NCBI GenBank assembly: GCA_016748015.1
Contig: JAAOMT010000050.1
Location: forward strand, 1-6,764
DNA length: 6,764 bases
Reading direction: 5' to 3'
Origin: Geosiphon pyriformis uo1
Lineage: Eukaryota > Fungi > Glomeromycota
Shown here piece after piece: positions 1 through 6,764 of this stretch (position 1 is its first letter; every line of letters begins with the position of its first letter). The notes beneath the pieces are model-generated. The model was given only the letters and a program-made list of their open reading frames with translations, did not search any database and was not told the DNA's origin. Position numbers and translations under genes: made by a program.

Positions 1-15
1 ACCCCCCCCCTAATC
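1..15 (+). repeat. Terminal direct repeat A-C9-TAATC (left copy), circularisation overlap
   Basis: Bases 1-15 are identical to bases 6750-6764. Confidence 0.9.
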
Positions 16-2125
16 CCACAGTTTTAGTGGTTTGGATTGGCTCTAGAGCTGGATGGAGTACTCTAGTGGTTGGCATCCTAAAACCAGAGTTTGATAAGGG
101 ACCCTACATGGGAATCGATCACTCCTCAGATCTAGTCCTCTAGACGGTTGTTACCTGGGTATATGCAATTGGAGTGGGATGGTATTAATTACCTTGTATG
201 GGCTATAGTGGATCAGGTAGATAACTGTTGAGTCTCCATACTGACTTGACGCCTTCCAACAGTTGATGCATGGGTAGACGCAGTTGTAAGCTTGATATGC
301 CCTGGGGATTGGTTGTTGGTACCCTGGTAGTTGGTAGTGGCGAGGTAGTATTGGGGCCTGTATTGGGTATGGAAGGAGTTGGATTTTTAGCGTTTGGGTA
401 TTGTGCGATGGTTTTATGGTATAGGTACCTGGAGTGGTTTGAGTTGTAGGTAGAGGTTAGAAGGTTTTAGTAGGAGGAGGGAGGTCTAGTGGTTCTGTAG
501 TGTGTTGGAGTCTCTTTGGTATGTGACAACCCTTAGGGCTCCATTGAAATGGCCTCCTGTTACCCTAACTGCCCTTATGTGCTCGGATTGTTGTAGTAGG
601 ATTGGGTCTAATAGGGTAGATGGTTGGATTGGTTGTACCTACCTTTGGTTTGTACTCCTGGTTTTTGTGGTTTGGGATCTTACCCCCCCCCCCTGAATTG
701 CCCACCCCAGACCCTCGTACGTCCTCAGACAGGTATCTCCCATTGGGTACTTGGTGTAAGTGGGTTGGGGGGAGGGGTATTGGTGGTTTTGTACTCTTTT
801 TAAGCTCTAAGTTTGAGAAGGTTAGTGTGGGTATGGTCTGTATTTGAGTTTTGGGTAGGTATTGGGGTATTGGGATTGGGTAGATCTTGGAGTGGGATGA
901 GATAATAGATAAGGGTCAATCGTGTGTTTGAGTCGGTCTTAGAAGGTTACTATCCACAGGGGGACATCATTGGGATATCATAGGATCCTATTTGGTAGTT
1001 GGATATCAGGTCCTTTGTGTATAGGGCCCAATCAAATGAGGAGTTATGGGGAATGGTACCACTGGAGTGGTTAATGGTCATGCTTTAGTACTTATCCTTT
1101 ATGGGTCCTTTATGGTATCGGTATTGTTGATTGGTTGTTTGTTTAAGCAGGTCCTATAGTTTGGGAGGTAGGATTTAGACTGTTCAGAGATTGAATGCCT
1201 TGTTGGATTGGTTTTGTATTGGGGTTGTAGTGAGTCCTTTATGGTCATGGGTAGAGCAACCTTAGACCCTTTTAGTAGTATTTGGTATGTTCTCCAGTAT
1301 TTTGAAGGTTTGGTTGGGGACTTGGGCAGGGATGGGTATTACTTGGGGGATGTATTGGAAATACTGGAGATAGGGATGGTAGGGAAAGTCTATTTGATAC
1401 TACCTTATTGGGGCCCCTATAGGTTATTTGTATGGTTTGGTGGGTAAACCAATACAAGGACTGTTGTTGGTGGTCTAGTGGTTGATTGGGTTACCTAATG
1501 CTTGGCTTGGTGGTTGTTTTTTACAGGATGATTGGAGTCATGGGTATCGATCCCTACCTGTCTAATACAAAATGGGATGGGATCCCCCTAGACATGAGGG
1601 CTACACAAGAATCTGTTGTGGGTGGGTATCTCATGAGGGTGATGGATCTTGTAGGATACTTGCTTTGAGACTTGGCTTTGAACACTGGGTATTGGTTGTA
1701 CAAGTAGTGTGTTTGATTGATTGGTATTGGTGTCCTATTTAGATTCATACTTATTATCTAGGGGATGGGTAATTGACTACAACCATCATCTAATAGTTGG
1801 GTCCCTCTGAGTATGGATATATAGAGTATGGGGATACCACTAATAAGCATGGATTTGTTGGCGAGAGCTTGAACTACTTTATCCCAGTGTTGGGTATGGA
1901 TACAGTTTTTTGTGGCATTTGTCAGAGATGGGTGGGGGGTCCACTACTATAGGTTACGCAGACCTCTTAATAAGGATCACATTTCATATATTGAGCAACT
2001 TCTTTGGTGTTGGTAAGTTTATTGGTGGATTTTACTGCCAAGACAGGTATCAATGGAGCCTTTTGGTTTGAGATTGGTGGTAACCATTTACTTCAATCAT
2101 CCTTGGACCCTATGGTTTGGTTCCT
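1..2125 (-). CDS. rpoB: RNA polymerase beta subunit, main part; highly divergent, with in-frame stops and homopolymer-associated frameshifts; continues across the circle junction
   Basis: Colinear motifs: VTYSS 1943-1957 (~LTYSS); ISGIPILYISIL 1809-1844 (~INGTERVIVSQL); RGIPSHFVLDR 1557-1589 (~RGAWLKFETDR); DHKG 1235-1246 (~DHLG); QQYRYHKGPI 1100-1129 (~SQFMDQTNPL); LIPLQDLPNPNTPIPTQN 848-901 (~LIPFIEHNDANRALMSSN); MGDTCLRTY from 743 (~LGKNVLVAY); TGGHFNG 540-560 (~AGRHGNKG); LLLLKP 462-479 (~IVLNP); IKLWF*DANH*ST 57-95 (~LKLNHLVDDKMHARST). Frame path is C>B>C>B. The start is approximate and has no ATG. Confidence 0.8.
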
Positions 2126-2750
2126 ATGCGACCTCTCTATGGTTTATTGGATACTGGTATCTACTTGATGGTAGTTGTAAATGACTCTTTGATTTGAGGC
2201 GTAGTATTGGAGGGTTGTTGGGTTGTAGAAATTACTGGGGGGGGGGACATGGGTACCTTAGTAGAGCTTGTATTGTGCAGTGAGTTGAGGATGGGTATCG
2301 ACTTGAAAGGTATACCAATCCTGCCACCCCCCCCCCACCCCCCCCCCCAGCCGGTTAGGGTTGGGAGGGGAAGTAGTGCTACTTAGGGGGTTGTATTGGA
2401 TACCATTTGTAGTGGATAGTCTACCGGGGGGAGCTTAGATAGTACTCTTTGGCTACAGTATTGGGTTAGGTGTTGGTATTTGGTATGGTTATTGGCATGG
2501 TTATCCATACATAGATATATGAGGTGGAGTAAGGATTTCTAGTTGGTTAACTCGTGGGATGGATCGATTAGAGGGGATCCCCTTTATTTGATTGATAAAG
2601 AGGCCAAGATACAGCCATACTCAGATTATTCAGGATGGATTAAGTGTTGGTGTAAGTTTTATTGGTTTTGGTAGGTATGGTAGGACTACAAAGGTAGTAA
2701 GGACTCCAAACTGAGTACTACCCTATCCAAATCCAGAATAGCCCAGGACC
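2126..2750 (-). CDS. rps2: 30S ribosomal protein S2, divergent
   Basis: Frame B: IWIG*YSVWSP 2700-2732 (~VHFGHGTRKWNP); NT*SILNNLSMAVSWPLYQSNKG 2580-2648 (~[23 protein letters not shown], gapless at N, L, S, A, G); WITMPIT (~WLGGMLT). After the G-run at 2327-2348, frame C gives VDTHPQLTA 2276-2302 (~LDQQEEYTA) and NPTTLQYYASN. Length ~208 codons and position directly after rpoC2 fit the plastid cluster. Confidence 0.72.
2327..2348 (+). repeat. Interrupted poly-C tract C10-A-C11 (poly-G on the coding strand)
   Basis: Seen directly; lies at the rps2 LGG motif and frame change. Confidence 0.95.
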
Positions 2751-2753
2751 CTA

Positions 2754-5078
2754 TCCTATCCTTGTCTTTGTGGGTATTTGGTGGTGTGGCCTGGTTATGG
2801 GATCATAAGCCTCTGCCACTCCTCCCTCCTTAAGCCTGGGGTTGGGTAGACTATTAAGATCCCTATTACTTGCCACAGCAATACTCCAACCAAACTTACC
2901 AATGAGATTTGGTATACTAGACTATAAGATCTTAGTTGGAGAGGATCGGATTTGCTTATTGGTCTACTATCTAAGAAGCATATGACTACTATTATCTTAG
3001 CCCCAAGGATCCCATCATGCCAAGTACAGGATACACTTAACCTGTCAATGGGTTTTTGAGGCTACCGCCGGTCAATCAGTGTGGTACTGGTGGATACTTT
3101 ACTACCGTACTTACTGGTATATCACATATTTGGGGAGTACTCAGTAGTGGATTGGATCTAGAGATATAAGGTTAGACCAATTGGATAGGTAGTCATTTGT
3201 AATACTCCTTGTCGCCCTGTATTTGGAGTCATGGAGACTACTTTGGGATATTGCAGGAGCCATAAACCTAAATCCAATACCACATGAGGTTGCATGGCTG
3301 TCAGTAGTGGTTGGTGGGGTTGGGTTGGAGGCAGATTTATTAGTCCAGGGCACAAATAATAAGCAGATATTGGACCCTCCAAAGCCTCCCAACTTACACA
3401 TTATGTCAACTGGGTATATGAATACTACCTTGTACACTTTGTAGCCCATACGCCCTTGCTTACAGATAACCTCCATAATACTGGTGGAGGATCCCCTACC
3501 CTGTGGACTCCTTGTCCCTAGAGACTTGGTTTTGCCTCCAGTCTACCAAGTAACCTACATCCATATTGGAGGTCGGATCTATTGGGCCCCCCCACCCCCC
3601 CCCCCACCCGGGATCCTGTGTTGGGTAAAGGTATACCGATTAAACAGGTATTTGTACCCTAGGGCCTGGTATTGGGGGCCACTAATGATGGCGGCGATGC
3701 TGCCTATAGACTCTCCCCTGAAAGCTTTGGGGCATCAGATACGCGTTGGGTGCCAAATCCCCATAGATCCTATATGGTACTTGGTTGTTGTTGAGTTGGG
3801 TGGTATCCAATCACCTGGATGGATTTTACCAGTACAGGGCTTTGGGACATGGAGACCCCTTTTGACCGGAGTACCCTTTGGCAGTACACAGGTTTGTAGG
3901 ACTGGGTGTAATACAACTCCTAGTCTTGGACTGGTTGGACTGGGTACAAGTTGTGATGGTGTGGTATTGGCTTTGTTGGTACTGGTAGTTTGGGTTTGGT
4001 TTGGTTTGAGTGGTTGATTGTTGTTGCGATACCCATTTGGGACCTCATGATGGCTACCATACACATGTATAACGTATAAGCAGTACATATATAGGAGAGG
4101 CGTCTTGGAGTAGCGGCCCTGGGGCGGTCTATCTGAGTCATCAGTGGGATTTGGATAGTCTTAGTGGGTATACGAGAAAGTACTTTGCTCTTAGCGGGGC
4201 TCCTATAGGCCGTTCTATTGCTAAGCCTGATAGTGATGCTTTACTTATAGAGCTTTTCCTGCAGCCGTGGTGATACCCGTACAAATGGTAGCCAAGGAAC
4301 CTCATAAGCCTCGTCTACCCAAATGCGAGGTGGGCATACAGGATATAGCCCCCCAGTCTTCATGCCACACGTACTATAGGTACTAAATGGGAGTAGGCTG
4401 TTTACCTTGCAATAGTTTTATCTCCTAGTGTACTCCTGTATATGGCCCCGCTTATTCTATTAAGCCTCTCGTTGGTAGGATGGCTATAAGGGGACCTCAT
4501 ACCCCACCTCAATCCCAGGTTTGCATACTGCTTTCAGTACCTCACAGGTATCCCTTTGGTAGGGTGCCAGACCCATCCCAAATGGGACTACCCCCCCTGC
4601 AGTCCACTCGCTTTTGTACCTTGCTTTGGAAAAAAAGGGGGCCCAAGTTGTTGTCGCATATGGTTGACATTACTGGGAAGCTTGATTGGGGGCCTTGGAG
4701 TTTATACAGTAGAGATGGTTGGGAGGAGAGATATACTTTGGCTTTACTTTGTTTTGTTTAGGTTTAGTACTTGGGATCTAGCTTAAGAACTTGTATTAAA
4801 GTATGGTCAGTTATCAGGCCTATGGGAGCAATCTCTAGCAGTAGGATAGTGAACTTACCCTGTGCCGGTTGGGATTGATGCGAGTGGCCAGGATATATAA
4901 GGATCCCCAAGTGTAAGTGCAAGGGGGTTGGATAGCTGTACAGGGCCGGTGGTTATCAGTAGGATGGTATTGGGGAGGAGGGTTAGTAATTTGTGTATTC
5001 AGGATTAGTAAGAGTTCTATGGATTTGGTATTGGGAGCGAGGGGTTGGGGGTTTTAGCAGTTTTGTATGGCGGCCCGG
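2754..5078 (-). CDS. rpoC2: RNA polymerase beta'' subunit (RpoC2-like), divergent and strongly shortened, single frame with in-frame stops
   Basis: All in frame B: YSYPTPLHLHLGI 4902-4940 (~FHYATKAGISLGI); GLIT 4809-4820; ILPTRGLI ~4458-4481 (~LAGMRGLM); TPI*YL ~4377-4394; SHLGRRGL*GSLATICTGITT 4266-4328 (~[22 protein letters not shown], bridge helix); GESIGSIAA 3690-3716 (~GEAVGIIAA); AQ*IRPP and TRSPQG 3498-3587 (~plastid AEHVRAP, TRTRHG); TRSIT 3198-3212 (~TKDIT); PNLIGKFGWSIAVASNRDLNSL 2847-2912 (~PILLGITKASLNTQSFISEASF, gapless); IPTKT 2763-2777 (~IPAGT). The supplied minus ORFs 3735-4088 and 3141-3476 are pieces of this frame. Confidence 0.85.
3587..3609 (+). repeat. Interrupted poly-C tract C7-A-C11-A-C3
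   Basis: Seen directly; encodes an in-frame poly-Gly stretch after the RpoC2 trigger-loop region. Confidence 0.95.
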
Positions 5079-5081
5079 CCA

Positions 5082-5104
5082 CCCCCCCCCCACCACCCCC
5101 CCCC
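5082..5104 (+). repeat. Interrupted poly-C tract C10-ACCA-C9
   Basis: Seen directly; lies at the inferred rpoC1/rpoC2 boundary. Confidence 0.95.
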
Positions 5105-5149
5105 ACCAGCCCTTCTTTATGGCTCCTTTTTACTGTAAACACTTTACGA

Positions 5150-6530
5150 TTAGATTGGATCTACTCTTAATACAACAAGCTTTTTTTTGAGGTCCCTATT
5201 AGAGGACCATTTGGACCCGAGATGTGGAGTAGAGTTTGATGGGTATTTGGTACAAGGTTTTGGTAGTTAATGTGTACCACAATGGAGAGTCAACCCCACC
5301 ATATTGCCCATGACAGTAGGTTTGGTCACAGATGGTCCCTGGCAGGATGAAGCCTTGTACCCCTATAAGTACCATTACACAAAATTGGGTAGAATGGTAA
5401 AGCTTTGTAGAGGTTAAGAAAAAAAGGGGACTTGGGATGGATCTTACTGAACATGTCTAGGGGACACTGGTCCAATGGATTTAGGTAATTGGTTTTGGGT
5501 CCCCATTGGGAAGGTTTTGATCCTTAGGGAACCCCTGTTTGACTTGCAGTACTGACTTGGGTCTTAGAGGGTATCTCCCAGAGGATCGCTTTATGGTTGG
5601 GTCTACATGGCTGTATTTTGTGCCAGTAGTACTCATAACTATATGTATATATATTAGATTACTCCTCTACTTAGGATCCTCTTTGGGAGCAGAGTAGGAC
5701 TCCATTATAACCCCCCCTAATTCTTATGAAAGGGACAAGAGCTAACAGCTTTACAAACAAACATACCCATAGCTCTTTTATTTGTCTAGAGATACGTGCT
5801 TTACCTGTTTGGTAGGTTGGTTGTGTAAATGGTGGTAAATAATAGGGTATGATTGGTAGTCAAAGGCCGTTTATCGTGTTAGACCCTGGGGAGTTGCCAT
5901 AGGACCTAGATCGTCTCGAAAGGGTATGGGTCTAAATAAAACCTGTTGGGTCACACAGGTCATTTGACTTTGTGGTACAAGTCCTGTATTTTGGAGATTT
6001 GGAATTTTGAATAGGGACCTTTTGTTGTTGCTAGAATCTGGGTCTTCGTACCCCCCTTGTTGTACAATCAATACCCTCAGGAGTAGTATCATGTTGGGAT
6101 TTGTAGCTGGAGGTGGTTGGGGATATGGGTGGTTGGGATAAACTGAGTGGGGATATTGGGTTTTTGAATCCCTTTGTTGTGGTTTGGTGGTACGGTCCAT
6201 GGTATCCCTTTTTAGTTGGGGAGTGATGTAAGGGTCGGATTGATGAGTATGGTACTTGGTTTGGTATGGGTCATAGCCCTATGTGGGTAAGACCTCTGGA
6301 CTATTGGAGGTTACAGACCCCCTATGAAAGGGACTTTATATGTCCTACCCTTAGCCTGTCGAGAACTCATCCTTAAGCTCAGATTAGGGATACCTTCCGC
6401 CCATTGTGGTACCCAATCCTACCTAATGTTAAGTGAGGCCCCTATGGCCCTCTAAGTTGTCCAAATAGTTGTTAGCCAAATACCTTTGAGGACGAATTCT
6501 GTGAGACGCCCTGCGTGGAGAGGCCCTTGC
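5150..6530 (-). CDS. rpoC1: RNA polymerase beta' N-terminal half (RpoC1/gamma-like), divergent, single frame with in-frame stops
   Basis: All in frame A: FG*QLFG 6460-6480 (~FCERIFG); RLRVGHI 6337-6357 (~RERMGHI, with 38 vs 39 residues from FG); IRPL 6229-6240 (~LRPL); GFI*THTLSRRSRSYGNS 5890-5943 (~GRFRQNLLGKRVDYSGRS, gapless); LPIIPYYLPPF (~LPKKMALELFKPF); SKPSQWGPKTNYLNPL 5473-5520 (~FEPVLIEGKAIQLHPL, gapless); IHPKS...KAL (~VHVPLS...RAL); LIGTSKKSLLY*E*IQ near 5155-5202 resembles the RpoC1 C-terminus. Confidence 0.85.
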
Positions 6531-6534
6531 TTGC

Positions 6535-6749
6535 TATGACCAATAAGAGTTACTAAATATACACCCACTACTTGGCTCCTAGGTCCAGGTCATTACTTAT
6601 CAATTTGGGAACTATTAATGGCCAATTCCCCCCCCCCTAATCCTTTAGGACTGTTGCTAAGTCTATGCCATCTATACATCACACCCCCCCCCACAGGCGA
6701 AGCCCATGATTAAGTCTACTGGCCGCTTAGAGTTATGTTACCCCCCCCC
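6535..6749 (-). CDS. rpoB: RNA polymerase beta subunit, C-terminal part after the circle junction
   Basis: Frame A reads GGVT*L*AASRLNHG (TAA at 6733-6735 and 6727-6729), matching GGQRFGEMEVWALEAYG spacing. It lies 82 nt after the His of the HARST-like motif, against 84 nt canonically. Later YI**LLLV resembles the terminal RELRSL helix. Confidence 0.7.
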
Positions 6750-6759
6750 ACCCCCCCCC
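6741..6759 (+). repeat. Interrupted poly-C tract C9-A-C9 at the circle junction
   Basis: Seen directly; lies at the RpoB GG motif preceding E-x-E. Confidence 0.95.
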
Positions 6760-6764
6760 TAATC
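6750..6764 (+). repeat. Terminal direct repeat A-C9-TAATC (right copy)
   Basis: Identical to bases 1-15; joining the ends also restores RpoB motif spacing. Confidence 0.9.

Noticed and set aside
125-300. Alternative RpoB alignment HIKL...SMETQQ...RLED*I* as the terminal TQQP/GEMEVW motifs
   Set aside because: It needs large insertions; the IKL...H*ST...*L* alignment across the junction has near-exact canonical spacing. If this alternative were right, support for circularity would weaken.
677-699. AG-polyG-GTAAG on the minus strand resembling a spliceosomal micro-exon
   Set aside because: The RpoB frame reads straight through, and the pattern is not consistent at the other G-runs.
2644-2655. 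GTGTTGGTGTAA resembling the kinetoplast minicircle CSB-3, plus CCCGTAC at 4276
   Set aside because: Inexact, not arranged as CSB1-2-3, and inside coding regions.
2590-2930. Hydrophobic, cytochrome b-like or transmembrane-like peptides in minus frame C
   Set aside because: They overlap well-spaced RpoC2 C-terminal and Rps2 motifs in frame B, and no heme-ligand pattern is present.
3484-4017. 177-aa plus-strand ORF and the other supplied plus-strand ORFs
   Set aside because: No recognisable motifs; they are antisense shadows of the minus-strand genes in G/T-rich sequence.
4137-4143. Minus-strand CTGATGA hammerhead core
   Set aside because: No stem II followed by GAAA.
4198-4276. Plus-strand 16S rRNA-like words (GCAGCCGTGGTGATAC resembling the 530 loop, AAGCCTGAT, CTCCTA)
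   Set aside because: Spacing is wrong, no further rRNA core is present, and the segment is antisense to the RpoC2 bridge-helix region.
4228-4290. HHGCRKSS in minus frame A resembling HGARKG
   Set aside because: Frame B gives a longer match (SHLGRRGL*GSLATICTGITT) without needing two extra frameshifts.
5725-6334. 12-nt repeat TATGAAAGGGAC at 5725-5736 and 6323-6334
   Set aside because: About one 12-mer match is expected by chance in a sequence of this length.
6696-6704. GGCGAAGCC mini-hairpin (GCGAAGC type)
   Set aside because: Single 9-nt occurrence within rpoB, compatible with chance.

Overview
The window looks like a complete ~6,749-bp circle (15-nt terminal direct repeat). Its minus strand, which is A/C-rich, appears to be coding almost end to end. 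When all three stop codons are read through, hand translation gives correctly spaced, colinear remnants of the plastid-type cluster rpoB-rpoC1-rpoC2-rps2, and rpoB runs across the circle junction. The proteins are extremely divergent and shortened. In-frame TAA/TAG often fall on conserved Glu positions, and in-frame TGA is also common. The few frameshifts coincide with homopolymer runs, three gene junctions are in frame with no spacer or ATG, and the catalytic NADFDGD loop is not recognisable. The best reading is a plastid-derived minicircle with a probable all-stops-reassigned code, or heavy RNA editing; a decaying pseudo-operon is not excluded. All alignments are by eye against remembered consensus motifs and gene boundaries are approximate. 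Frames are labelled by the coordinate of the first minus-strand codon base mod 3 (A=0, B=2, C=1), and * marks an in-frame stop.
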